From: Carcharhinus longimanus
Taxonomy: Eukaryota
Direction of reading: 5' to 3'
Length of the DNA: 64,000 bases
NCBI GenBank assembly: GCA_030264375.1
Contig: JASCQW010000128.1
Location: 9,446,081-9,510,080, forward strand
Shown here piece by piece: positions 22,304 to 35,127 of the stretch (position 1 is the stretch's first letter; every line of letters starts with the position of its first letter). The translations under genes and the position numbers were made by a program. The notes beneath the pieces are model-generated. The model worked only from the letters and a program-made list of their open reading frames with translations. It did not search any database and was not told the DNA's origin.

Positions 22304-23040
22304 GTCCCAGATGCAATCGTACCTCATTTAGAAAATAAAACAAGCAAAGTATGATTCTCACCAGCCTGGGGAGAGGATGGAGCCTATTCACATCAGGAAT
22401 CCAGCTGCTGAGCTTTAGGGGTTCCAGTGCCTGTTGGGCAGTGCCAGGGTGCCAGGTTAGCACTGCCTGCCCCTTCCCCTGACCATCCAGGAGACTTCTA
22501 TGGCCTCCAGTCCCACCAGCGAGGCCATCGTGTCTAGTCCCTGTTGGTGGAGATCATATTCTCACTGGAGAGGACGTCCACAATATGGTTATACCTGGTA
22601 AGGTAAGGGCAAGTGAGCCCAGACAATAGCGCGTGGGACTCAGTAAATATATTGAAATTACCTGATGAATATTTAAAGAAGCCTCGTGCCCAGGAAGGGA
22701 TTTCATCGGCAGAACAGGGCCGGTAACATCATGAGAGGCAAGAAACTGGGCGCGTGTCTAATTTTTCTCCTCTCACCCTATCTTACCACCTCACCATACT
22801 GATCACCCAGCATAACAAGCTGGTAGGATCTCCCCCTCTGCCTCATTCTCTGAGGTTATTGTCCTTTCAGGGACAACATAACAGAGTGAGGGTCACCTAT
22901 CCTGGGTGATCAATTGGGACTCAGGGTGGGGAATCACCCCGGGGGGGGCGGGGGGTGCGGGGGGTAGTTCTCTTAATCAGGAGACATTCCCACAACTAGC
23001 TCCAGACATGCTGCTGATTTTGTAGATCCTTGTAAACCCT

Positions 23041-23292
23041 TGTCTGTGTGGAGTCTGCGCTTTTTCCCCGTGTCTGCGTGGGTTTCCTCCGGATGCTCCA
23101 GTTTCCACCCTACAGTTTGAAAGATCTGCTGGTTAGATGCATTGGCTGTGATAAATTGTCCCTCAGTATCTGAACAGGTGACAGAGTATGGCGACTATGG
23201 GATTTCCACAGTAACTGCATTGTAGTGTTCATGGAAGACTACTTGTGACACTAACAAAATAAACATAAGCGTTTAAACTTTAAAACTTTAAA
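23041..23292 (+). mobile_element. 5'-truncated V-SINE, tail B
   Basis: V-domain tgtctgtgtggagtctgc...tttcctccggatgctcc, and tail ending tttaaactttaaaacttta. Confidence 0.85.
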
Positions 23293-23562
23293 TAAATCCC
23301 CTGCTGTTCACTGATGAAGTCTCTGAAAGAACATCGTTATCACCACCTTACAAGGAAGAGAATTCCAAAGACTCATAACTTCCAGCGGGATCTAACAGTG
23401 CTGCCAATGATGCACCCTGCTGTGGATTTCCCAGTGGTCTGGGGTGAATTCAAAGGAAACCGTGTTGGTAATGGTGAGATCATAAGATCCTGCCACCAAC
23501 GAGTGGTGCACCGCCTCCTGTCAACGCGAAACACGCTGTGGAGGTGGAGGAAAATCCTGCCC

Positions 23563-23897
23563 TATGTCTGAAATGGGTGACCTCTTATGTTTAAACAGTG
23601 TCCCTCTAAATCTAGATTGTCTCACAAGAGGGAACATTCTCTCCACATCCACCCTGTCAAGATCCCTCAGGATCTTACAGGTTTCAATCCAGTTGCTTCT
23701 TACTCTTCTAAACTCCAGCGGATACAAACTTAGCCTGCACAACATTTCCTCATCAGACAATCCAGCCATTCCATGTATTAGTAAACCTTCTCTGAACTGT
23801 TTCCAATGCATTTATATCCTTCCTTAAGTAAGGAGACCAATACTGTGCAATGGCTTATGCAGCTGAAGCATAGTCTCCTGCTTTTGTACTTAATTCA
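23563..23897 (-). mobile_element. CR1 LINE ORF2 C-terminal fragment
   Basis: ORF GMAGLSDEEMLCRLSLYPLEFRRVRSNWIETCKILRDLDRVDVERMFPLV. Confidence 0.85.
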
Positions 23898-24513
23898 GTT
23901 TGGTAAATGGACTCTTGAAGGTCAACCAGAGGCTTCCCAACTGGAGAGTAGCCGTGAGCTGCAGTAAATAAGAAAGATGGAGGCACTATTTCAGAAACTT
24001 ATTAACATAGTAAATATTTTTGTTCGGCTGGGTTGCCAACGAGAGGGGATACAGGAGAGGGAGTTCCTCCAGTAATTGGTGCTATACAGCAGGCAGGATC
24101 TGTAGGCCTGGCTCGGGTACTGGCCTCCCCAGTCTGCCACAAGGAGGTGGCCACCAGGCCATTGATCTGGTGCCTGCTGTCTCTGGCAACCTGGAAGCCA
24201 GCTGGAAAATAGGTCCTAACTGGCTGTTAATGACTTTAATTGGCTACTTGTCATACGTAGCTGGTGGGTGTCTCTGCTGCCTCCACTCTACTGCTGGGAA
24301 AATGGCCCAGGAGTGAGATTGAGCCAGGGAACTGGCATGCAGGCAAGCAGCAATATTTCCACCTGCTGTCCCCCAGCCTCACCGAGGCCTAAATCCTCAT
24401 CCTTGTTGGTCCANNNNNNNNNNNNNNNNNNNNNNNNNNNNNNNNNNNNNNNNNNNNNNNNNNNNNNNNNNNNNNNNNNNNNNNNNNNNNNNNNNNNNNN
24501 NNNNNNNNNNNNN

Positions 24514-24886
24514 ACCTGTTGGACTTTAACCTGGTGTTGTGAGACTTCTTACCGTGTTTACCCCAGTCCAACGCCGGCATCTCCACATCACGTCTATTTT
24601 ATGGGCAAACACAGTAAGAAGCCTCACAACACCAGGTCAAAATCCAACAGGTTAATTTGGTAACAAACGCCACTAGCTTTTGGAGCACTGCTCCTTCGTC
24701 AGCTGAGAACTCCCCGCTCAGTGCCACAGTGGGGAACTCAGTGGGAACTCCCCGCTAACCTGACAAAGGAGCAGTGCTCCGAGCGCTAGTGACATTTGTT
24801 ACCAAATAAACCTGTTGGACTTTAACCTGCTGTGTGAGACATCGTACTGTGTTTACCCCAGTCCAACGCTGGCATCTCCACATCAT
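24514..24886. mobile_element. Penelope-like terminal repeats in direct and inverted arrangement
   Basis: 24514-24590 repeats at 24810-24886. 24611-24703 is the inverted copy of 24759-24850. Both carry mutated CTGAnGA-ggagcagtgctcc-GAAA motifs. Confidence 0.7.
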
Positions 24887-25029
24887 AATTTATGGGTGGC
24901 AGGGGAAGATTCAGGCAAGGTGGGTATGCTTTCACTATGTAGGCTGCTGTTGGGTGGGAAGGGGAAAGGTACCTCCTTTGGGGACCCTTGTACCCATCAG
25001 AGGCATGATGCTACTCTGCATTTAAAAAT

Positions 25030-25328
25030 TAAAGTTTATTTATTAGTCACAAGTAGCTTACATTAACACGACAATGAAGTGACTGTGAAAATATCTGAAT
25101 TGCCACACTCTGATGCCTGCTCAGGAGGGACAATTTAGCACGGTCAATGCATCTAACCAGCACGTCTTTCAGACTGTGGGAGATAACCGGAGCGTCCAGA
25201 GGAAAACTGCACAGACACAGGGAGAACGTGCAGAATCCGCAGAGGCAGTGACGCAAGCCAGGAATTGAACCCGCATCTCTGACACTGTGAGAGACAGCAG
25301 TGCTAACCACTGTGCCACTGTGCCGCCG
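25030..25328 (-). mobile_element. Full-length V-SINE, tail B
   Basis: Reverse complement of head, V-domain and tail B. Confidence 0.9.
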
Positions 25329-25335
25329 ACTTTTG

Positions 25336-25466
25336 GTCTGTGGGAGTACTTTGAGGAAACCCATGCAGGCAAGGGGAGAATGTGCAAATTCTGCACATTC
25401 TCCCTGTGTCTGGAACTGAACCCAAGTCCCTGGTGCTGTGAGGCAGCAGTGCTAACCACTGTGCCA
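25336..25466 (-). mobile_element. Partial V-SINE (head and V-domain)
   Basis: gaggcagcagtgctaaccactgtgcca and gaggaaacccatgcag. Confidence 0.8.
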
Positions 25467-26286
25467 ACTGACCATCTAAATCCAGTTATTATTCTTATTA
25501 TTTGCCTTACTGAGGATAAGAGCTTCCTTTTAAAGCCATCAACATTTTGTCAAATTGAAGGTACAAAGGCATGGATCGCTTGTATATTAAAGTGATGCTA
25601 CACACTGGTCTGTAGTTTTTTTAGTCTGTGGCTCACAGTGAGTGTATAGATAGAACTGCCTCACTGCTGCTCGAATAGATTGATGCGATAGGTTAGCAGC
25701 CCTTGTGATGTTGTTCCAGTAATGGTCTTGTAGTGAACTGGCAGCTTAACCATGTCTGGTTTAGTACAGCAAGCCAATAAAAATAATAATAAAACATAAT
25801 TTTGTCAGAAGGAATTTCCTAAGTTTTTGAAAAAAAGTGTTGTTAAAGAAATCTTTATAGAGTGAAGTCGCCCATATCATGAGAGGTCCCCAATTTACTG
25901 TCTCATGACAGGAAAACATTACAGACAACTTGCTTTCAGATTTATTACAATGCAAGGAGTGTGAGATAAATGTAAGTTGTTTTGGATAACAAATGCCAAT
26001 TTGCTTCACTAAAGCTTTGTTATATGGGAGTTTGTAAAATGTGGAGTTGACTCTCTATCTTGTTTCCTGAATTTAACTGAAGTCTTTGCTTGTACTTAGA
26101 TTAAACGGCATGTTGCAAAATGCAAAGAAAAGCATATGGCCAACAGGGAGAATAAAATTTTATTGTGATTACTGACTGCTAGAACGCTGAAGCAGTCCAG
26201 AGTCTTGTATGCTGGTGTACAGTATGTATTTAATATTTTATTGTTCCTTTAGCTCTATTGTGGCTGATACGATCGGAATAAAATCT

Positions 26287-26586
26287 GTGGCACGGTGGTT
26301 AGCACAGCTGTCTCACAGCGTCAGGGACCTGGGTTCAATTCCCGGCTTGGGTCACTGTCTGTGTCGAGTCTGCATGTTCTCCCCGTGTCTGTGTGAGTTT
26401 CTTCCAGGGGCTCCCGTTACCTCCCACAGTCTGAAGGATGTGCCGGTTAGGTGCATTGGCCATGCTAAATTCTCCCTCAGTGTACCTGAACAGGCACCGG
26501 AGTGTGACGACTCAGGGATTTTCATGGTAACTTCATTGCAGTATTAATGTAAGCCTACTTGTGACATTAATAAATAAACATAAACT
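26287..26586 (+). mobile_element. Full-length V-SINE, tail B
   Basis: gtggcacggtggttagcac...ggttcaattccc...gtaagcctacttgtgacattaataaataaac. Confidence 0.9.
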
Positions 26587-27285
26587 ACTCCCCTCATAAA
26601 TGACACAGACTATTTTATAGCTGCATACCTCACACTGCTACAATTTAAGTAAAGGAATTGCACTTTGCTCATGTAACCAGTTTTAGCATCAATAAATAAA
26701 ACAGAAGAAACGGCATTTTAGCAAGATAATGGCAGAATCAAGAATGGCAGAATCAACAATGACTTCTAACCATTGACAAAGAGTCCCACCTCATACAGAC
26801 CTTTCCCTATTTTCCTCTTTCCAACATTTTCTGTTTCCCAATTCAGATTTTGAGGTTTTATGAAAGTCTTTGTTGTTCGTCTAACTCCTGGCACGGGCTG
26901 TGGATCCAATTGGATTTATTTGTTCTGTGTTTGAGTAAATATTTTTTACAGTTACCTATCATGCACTTTCACTGAGCTTACAGAGTAGCTAGCTTCAATA
27001 AACTACTTGAGGCCTAGGCTCAAAACGAAGATGAATTGCTTGTGAGTGATCTTTTCCTTCCTTTTCCACCGACAGACTATTGTCAATGAGAACTCAAATA
27101 ATGGGTTGCTTGCTAATAGAGGTTTCCACCTTGCTTTCCACATCCAGATCTCGATTAACTGGTCTCATTTCCTTATTTGAATGTTTGCATGATAGAGGTA
27201 GGAGGTCACAAACCATGGTCATGTTACAGGTAAAATTTGCTTCTCTTCATGCTGTCCAAGTCTAGTTCCTCATGTTGTCCCACCA

Positions 27286-27405
27286 TAGAAACGTAGAACA
27301 TAGAAACGTAGAAAATAGGAGCAGGGGTAGGCCATTTGGCCCTTCGAGCCTGCTCCACCATGGATCATGGCTGATCAACCAACTCAATACCCTGATCCTG
27401 CCTTG
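27286..27405 (-). mobile_element. CR1 3' terminus
   Basis: (catagaaa)n-like tail followed by ggagcaggggtaggccatttggcccttcgagcctgctcc. Confidence 0.75.
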
Positions 27406-30400
27406 CCCGTTGAATCATCATATGAACTGAGTTTCTTCCGCACTCCTGTTGATGATACTGCAACAGATAGGAGCAGCTGCAAGGATATTTTCTGTAATGA
27501 TTCAAGTACACTTCAGCATTTAGCAAAACCAATACCCCATCTGGACATGGATCATACAGGCCAGGAGCTGGATTCTCAATTGCCACTGTGAGTGTGGTTT
27601 GAAAACTGCATTCCTGGAGGGCTACATACAGGATCCCACTGCCTCCCAGGCAGTTTGCAAAGCTGGCAGAGGGGAGGTAGTGATATTCCCACTCACCGCC
27701 AGTTAATGGCACCTCATAACTCTTCAAGAGCTTGTAAAGGGCAAATTGGGAGTTTCAAACTCTCTCTGGATGAAGCCAGACGATCTTGTGCCAGTTAATG
27801 CACAGCTGGTTGGGTTGCCAAGGGGCAAAAGAAGCTTCATTTCCATTTGTGAGACAGGAGAGGTCAACTAGCAATAGGTTGAGAGTGGCATCTTGACTGA
27901 GGTCCATGGCCACTGTGTGCCATCTTTGCCCTCTTAGTCCTTCCAAGAGCTCCCTGTTCCCCTGAACAGGGACTCCAACATGGCTGCTTCTGCCTTTGCT
28001 GCTGATATCAAGTCGCCAACTCTCACCTTCTGGAGGTGCTCAGGACCTTTAACTGGGCATTGAGATAACCTCTTGGCCTATCGGCCCATTTACATTTGAA
28101 AGTAGCATTGCAAGAGTGGTGCAGTTCAGGGGCAGGTGCCACGTTCCAAATCCACCTTAAACATCCAACGTCTGGAGCTTTCCATCTTTGATCTGAGGGT
28201 TTGTACCCAGTTGCTGGCTTTGCTTGATGATACAAGTCACCTCAATTATCTGAATGTGAAAGAAGAATGAGAAATTATCCATGGTTTTGATTTCAAAATC
28301 ACTGCCCAGTGATCCTGCTGGAAAATGTATCTGTGCAGACTTCAGATGTGGATAGAATGGGGATCAGTGCACAATTCCCATCTCTCCTCTTAGCACAGAG
28401 TATCTAGGTTATTACAGGGAGATATCTGAAGGTACCAGAAGGTTACTATTATTTATGGGGCTTTATTCAAAGTACCATAGATAGAAATAAACAGAATTCA
28501 CAGCTCAGATGCAGACCATTCAGCTAAACAGCCTAAGACTACATTCATGGTTCACAAGAACTTCCTCCCACTCCTCTTCATCTAACTCTATCAGCAAACC
28601 CTTTCACTCCTTTTATTGAACTTCTCTGATATACACCAATGCTATTTACCCTAACTGTGGAGCAAGTTCCACAATCTTACCATTCTCTGGATTAAAGAGG
28701 TTTCTATTAGTGACTATCTAATACTTACACATTTTGACCTTTGTCACCCCATTCTCACCCTGCCTGTCCAAAGGGAGTCTGGGAACAAACGAAAGAAACA
28801 CAAATGAACGGGATACGTTTGAGGTTACTAACAAACTCTATTGCCTATCACCATGGGGTATGTTCATCAGTAAAGATAAATCATATCACATCAACAACAG
28901 TCTCTAAAGCTCGGTTTCATTGGTGACAATGTCTCAGTTTTAAATTCCCACCCTTGTTTTCAAATTCACACATGGTCTCACTGCTCTTTGTCTCTTGTGC
29001 CCCGCATCCCGCTGCAATACCTCTGCTCCTCCAACTCTGAGCATTTCCAGTTTTGATCAGTGCGCACTTAGTGGTCAAACCTTTAGCTGCCTAGGCCACA
29101 GGCTCTGGAATTCCCTTGGTAAATCTCTCTGCTTCTCTCCCTAACCCACCTCACTGACCAATACCTCCTCATGTGGCTCAGTATCCCATTTTGTCTGATA
29201 ACACTCCAGTGAGGAGCCTTGGAATATTTTTTACTGCATTAGTGGTGTTATGTAAGTGTAATTTGCTGTAGTGTAGAGTGAAATTAAAATCAGATTGTGA
29301 GAGGGGCAGTGAGGGCACACGCAAAATATTCAGTGAGATAAACCTGCCGGGTACCAGAGTTTTAACTTATTGAGAAAGTTTCTTTTAGAAAATGTTATAC
29401 CCAAGGTTAAAGATGAGGAATTGACTTTCTTCCAATTTAATATCATATCCCAATAATTCTAGTGTATGAATTCCAGATTAAATTGCAGTAATCAAAAGTG
29501 TACATTTATAAGTGCTTCATTAGCAAAAATGAAGGGGAATTTGCTAAGTGCATCATGAGTGAGCTGTCAGCATTTCCACTGCTCATTTATATAGCTCCCC
29601 ATGTTTGCTTCTCTTTCACCTAGATTTACGAGACCTCTGATTGACCTTGCTCTGGTCAACCTAAGATGCATGTGAGTGTAACCTGACAGCATGACCTTTG
29701 TGTGGGAACCAGGAAAGGCTTGCAGGGTGGAATGGAATGGACCTCTAGCTCGTGGGGATGGGTAGAGTAGAAGTTTGGTTCCTCAATGTGTGAAGCAGAT
29801 GTTAAGGGCCTGAGGTGGAAAGGTTGTGAAAATTTATTCCTATTACATTTGATATAAACCATTTGTCTTGCACTGAAGAGAACTTACAGAAATAGGGAAA
29901 AGTTCACTCGAGTTGGTGCAGAGATTTGGATGTTTCTGTTTTGGCTGCAAATAAATGTGAACAAAATCCTGCGCCACTAGACCAAATTTGCAAGCATAAA
30001 AAAATATACTTTGCTGGGCTTTTGTTACAAGCTTTCATCGTAGTTTTATATTTCCACTTGCTCTCTCTAGTTGGGATTTATTTATACTGTTTCGCTGCTT
30101 GCATTTTAATTCCTTGTTATAATCAATTCCCTTCCTGGCACTATCTTCTAACAGAGTTGAGCTGTGCTCCTGAGCTAGGTTACACAAACAGATGTAAACG
30201 TGTGATTAGCACAGTGACTGGGCAACATCATATTGCCCATGGGACTGGGTCACAGGTCACTCTCTCCATTTTGTTGTCAAATGAAAGAGGCCTTGTGGCA
30301 GTGATTTATTCTTTCATGGAATGTGGGCATCGCTGGCTAGTCCAGCATTTATTATCCATCCCTAATTGCCCTTCAAAAGGTGGTGCTGAGCTGCAGTCCA

Positions 30401-30784
30401 TGTGGTGTAGGTACATCCACGATGCTGTCCCAGTGACAGTGAAGGTGATATATTTCCAAGTCAGGGTGGCACACTGCCTCTGATCCAGAAGTTTGGGGTT
30501 TGAGTCTCACCCCAGAACTTGACGGTCATGGAAGGTACGTTCATAATGTGGCCAAACACATTGATTATTAAACTGCAAATCTTTCTAATATGCCTGAGGC
30601 AGATGGTAAGAGAGGAAGAATTTGCTGGTCAGCTAGGACTCTGTGGTAGCTGCAGCACAATCGCCTCCCCACAAGCTCTAGGGCAAGTATCCTTCTCACC
30701 TTGAGGGAGTGCTAGCGAGAGAGAGACAGAGAGAAAGATTGCTGCTAAAGTAGGTGATATATCCCTTGATTCAAAGATGATGTT

Positions 30785-31425
30785 CACTCAGGGTCCTGGT
30801 TTCTGCCATGGGTCTACATGTGACTGAAGAGGCCGAATCCCGAGCTGCAGAACTTTGAACACGTGGGGCAAGATGTCCCATGAGACAGTGGGATGAGGAG
30901 TGCAGGGCTTGCTTTCTTTCTGCCTTGTTGCTACCACTTGGTCTCATCATTTAAGATGCTGGGAGCTCAGGCTGGTAGCAAGCTCCTGCTAGTCATTAAT
31001 GTCAATGCTGCTGTTCTTCATGGAGAGTGTCAGGAAGCCTTTGAAGAGTTTTCTTTGTCCTCTCCTGTAGTGTCGGCCATTTGAGAGTTGAGAAAACAGG
31101 AGCTGGCGGGGGACACGCTATTTGGTTCTCTGGAGACAATGTCCAGTTCATTATTGTTGATTTTGCAGGGGTTTTGCCTGGAGGCTTGTGGAGCTGACTT
31201 TAAGAAGGAAAGTAGTTTTTGTTCAATGGTCATCCCATTGAATCTGGAGGTTATAACAAGATGTCACTGATGGAGCTTTTCTAGCTCTCTCATGTTACTG
31301 CTGCACAGTCCGTAGTACAGGAGGTTGGTGATGATAACTGCTCTGTGCACTTTCATTCATTTGCAGAGGTCTTTGTTGTCGAACACTCGCTGCTGTAGTT
31401 TTTTGAAGGTTGAGCTGGTCTACTC
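30785..31425 (-). mobile_element. Degraded RTE-clade LINE 3' fragment
   Basis: Homologous to 44175-44650. Decayed RTE C-terminal motifs such as GGQRK.FK. Confidence 0.6.
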
Positions 31426-31914
31426 TTTGATACTCATTCCCAAACACTCAGTTTAATCAATTTGGTTCTTCTGAGGAAGATGAATAACTAGCAGGCAAAA
31501 CTTCAAAATCTGGAGACATCATTCAAAGATAATGGAAGAATAATATTTCACTACATTAATCAAACCACACAAACATTACTCATCAATTCTGATTGCTTGC
31601 ATTTGACACTTAATGTCCTCATCTTGCGTCTGAACCTTGGACTGGGCATCTCAATGATGTTTGAATATATACCCAATTGGAAAACATTTTGAAATGCTGA
31701 ACATTTGACTTAGACCAGTTGTAAGATTTGTTACTCATATTCAAATTCAGGCTTCCTCTTCTAACACCTCTGATGGTTCTTTATTGGCAGTTCCATAGAC
31801 ATCAGAAACCCTCCAATACTCCAGTCAAGTGTGAGTGTAGTTGGCAGCTATCAGTGTACCCAGTGATGCAGTTACTTAGACCACTGGTTCAGGGAGTGGG
31901 CCTAATTTGATGAA

Positions 31915-32460
31915 TGGTGGGGGTAGAACAGGAGGAATGAGGGGAGGAGAGCAGAGGGTATAAGAGGAAAGGAGAGGAGGTTGGGGTTAAGAGAGGAGAG
32001 GGTAGAGCATACGAGAGGAGAGGACAGCAGTGGTAGTAAGGGGAAAAAAGAGGAGTGGAGGAGGGACACAAAGATGAGAAGAGGAGAAGATGGGAGGGAG
32101 AGAGGGTGGCAGGAGAGAAGGAAAGATGGAAGAGGGAGGAGAGGCAAAGGAAGGGATGTGGGGAGAGGAGAAGGGGAAATGAAGGGAGGGGAAGGACAGG
32201 AATTGAGAGGAACCTTAAGGGAAGGGAAATAGAGAGGGGAAGTGGGGACGGTAGTACAAAGAGGTGCAGTGGGAAGAGGAAGGTTTTGTGAGGAGGAGAG
32301 AAGGAAGTGGAAGGGGAACGCGGGAGGGGGATCTTAGAGGAGAGGAATGGTGAAAAGAGGGGTAGGAAGAAGCGGGAGAAGGTAAAAGAGGAGAGGCAAG
32401 GTGAGGTGAGAAGGGGATAGAAGATTAGATAGGAGGGCATGAGGGGAGTAGAGGAGAAGT
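31915..32460. repeat. Purine-rich (GA) low-complexity tract
   Basis: About 550 bp almost entirely G/A on the plus strand. Confidence 0.9.
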
Positions 32461-32464
32461 GCTA

Positions 32465-33078
32465 TGTGCTGGCAAGGCCAGCATTTGTTGCCAATCTCTA
32501 ATTGCCATTGAGAAGATGGTGATGAGCTGCTTCCTTGAACTGCTACACATCCATATGGTGTAGGTATATCCACAGTGCTGTTAGACTGAATGTTCCAGGT
32601 TTTTAACCCAGTGAAGGAAGGGTGATATAGTTCCAATCCAGGATGCGAAGTGGCTTGGAAAGGAACTTTAAGGTGGTGTTTCCCTGTGATTGTTCCCCTT
32701 ACCCTTCTAGATGGTAAATGTCTCAAGGTTTTGAAGATGCTGTTGAAGGAGCCTTGGTGAGTTGCTGCAGTGAATCTTGTAGATTGTACACGTGGCTGCA
32801 CCAGTGCTGGAGAGAGTGAGTGTTGAAGGTGGTGGATGGGGTACCAATCAAGCGGACTGCTTTATCCTGGGTGGTGCTGAACTTCTTGAGTGTTGTTGGA
32901 GTTGCAGTTGTCAAGGCAAGTGAAGACTGTTCCATCACTCTCCTGACCTGTGTCTTGTAGATGGTGGACAGGCTTTGGAGAGTCAGGAGGAGGTTACTCT
33001 CTGCAGCCGTTGACCTGCTTTTGTAGTGTATGTGGCTGGTCCAGTTAAGTTTCTAGTCAATGGTAACCCCCAGATGTT
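32465..33078 (-). mobile_element. CR1-clade LINE family B, 3' fragment
   Basis: ORF MEQSSLALTTATPTTLKKFSTTQDKAVRLIG, colinear with 38135-38760. Confidence 0.8.
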
Positions 33079-35127
33079 ATGGCTTCCCCTACAACAAGAT
33101 ACCAACATATCACGAACTAGGTTAATGCATGATGGATGGCCATTTGTATGAGTGAACTCCTGGCATTTGTGTAATGCATACCTAACAAGTCAACATCTAC
33201 AGTAAAGAGTGAGAAAATACCAACTGAGTGCTCAGAACACCCATGCCATTTCTATATTCAAACAAACGCACTATGAACTGAAAGCAAGAAAAATGCTATT
33301 TATGGATCAAACAGTATCATAATTACAGTCAAGACAGCATACATCCTCTGCAGTCTGCACATGTTCTTGGTAAGGAACAGCTGCTTTCAGTGTCCAACAC
33401 TCAATCCAAACAGAAACCCAACTCTCTGGAAAAATAATTTCAGAATAATGGATACCTGGGAATGATTACAAGACTGTAACCTAATTGAGAGGTTAAATTG
33501 ATGTCATTCAGCACAAGTGCAAAGCTCACGCAGTTCATGAACATCACATCAAACCCTCAATTAGATTACTGCCTTCTAATTACTCCCAGACTTCCACATA
33601 TACTATATACACTGTAAAATTTACAGGGTGGTTTGAGTCAAATCTGACCCATTTTGAGTTTACAGTAGCTATCGCTGTGATTCCAATTGTCTGCTTGCTT
33701 CCAATTCATTCAGCACTCATTAGTGAAGAACCAATGGCTGTTTCATCTGTCAGCTGAAAAATTAAAGTGCTCATCGATTGCTGTTGCTGCTCCTCAACAA
33801 GAGGAAGCTGGAGGCTGAAAAATTGCTTTCAACTGCCAGCTTTCAGGGCACTGGATCCGGGAGATATGTCAAAGATGCGCCAGGGACACCCCCCCCCCCC
33901 ACCACCCCGGGACCTCCCCNNNNNNNNNNNNNNNNNNNNNNNNNNNNNNNNNNNNNNNNNNNNNNNNNNNNNNNNNNNNNNNNNNNNNNNNNNNNNNNNN
34001 NNNNNNNNNNNNNNNNNNNNNNNNNNNNNNNNNNNNNNNNNNNNNNNNNNNNNNNNNNNNNNNNNNNNNNNNNNNNNNNNNNNNNNNNNNNNNNNNNNNN
34101 NNNNNNNNNNNNNNNNNNNNNNNNNNNNNNNNNNNNNNNNNNNNNNNNNNNNNNNNNNNNNNNNNNNNNNNNNNNNNNNNNNNNNNNNNNNNNNNNNNNN
34201 NNNNNNNNNNNNNNNNNNNNNNNNNNNNNNNNNNNNNNNNNNNNNNNNNNNNNNNNNNNNNNNNNNNNNNNNNNNNNNNNNNNNNNNNNNNNNNNNNNNN
34301 NNNNNNNNNNNNNNNNNNNNNNNNNNNNNNNNNNNNNNNNNNNNNNNNNNNNNNNNNNNNNNNNNNNNNNNNNNNNNNNNNNNNNNNNNNNNNNNNNNNN
34401 NNNNNNNNNNNNNNNNNNNNNNNNNNNNNNNNNNNNNNNNNNNNNNNNNNNNNNNNNNNNNNNNNNNNNNNNNNNNNNNNNNNNNNNNNNNNNNNNNNNN
34501 NNNNNNNNNNNNNNNNNNNNNNNNNNNNNNNNNNNNNNNNNNNNNNNNNNNNNNNNNNNNNNNNNNNNNNNNNNNNNNNNNNNNNNNNNNNNNNNNNNNN
34601 NNNNNNNNNNNNNNNNNNNNNNNNNNNNNNNNNNNNNNNNNNNNNNNNNNNNNNNNNNNNNNNNNNNNNNNNNNNNNNNNNNNNNNNNNNNNNNNNNNNN
34701 NNNNNNNNNNNNNNNNNNNNNNNNNNNNNNNNNNNNNNNNNNNNNNNNNNNNNNNNNNNNNNNNNNNNNNNNNNNNNNNNNNNNNNNNNNNNNNNNNNNN
34801 NNNNNNNNNNNNNNNNNNNNNNNNNNNNNNNNNNNNNNNNNNNNNNNNNNNNNNNNNNNNNNNNNNAAGGTTAGAAGAATTAAAACCAGTTCTAGCTTCT
34901 GGGTAACAATTGTACTGACAATGTCCCATTGGACCACCACCCCACCCACCCCCCACCCCCATGGCTACTGATCACCACCCACCAGCACTCACCCCGCACC
35001 CACACACACACCACTGGTTACCAGCCATGTTATAATGTTATAAAGAATCTACGGGTAAACAGACAATGTTATCATAGATAATTTCACTGTTAATTATTCC
35101 ACATCCCCCCAACTTGAAGTTGGACCA

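Noticed and set aside
27367-27591. 74-aa ORF with globular-looking composition
   Set aside because: It starts within a CR1 3' end and ends in a MITE-like repeat, with no recognisable homology.
31889-32440. 183-aa Leu/Ser/Pro/Phe-rich ORF
   Set aside because: Translation of the GA-rich low-complexity tract.
33767-34971. ORFs of 370-400 aa
   Set aside because: Artefacts of reading through a ~950-N gap.
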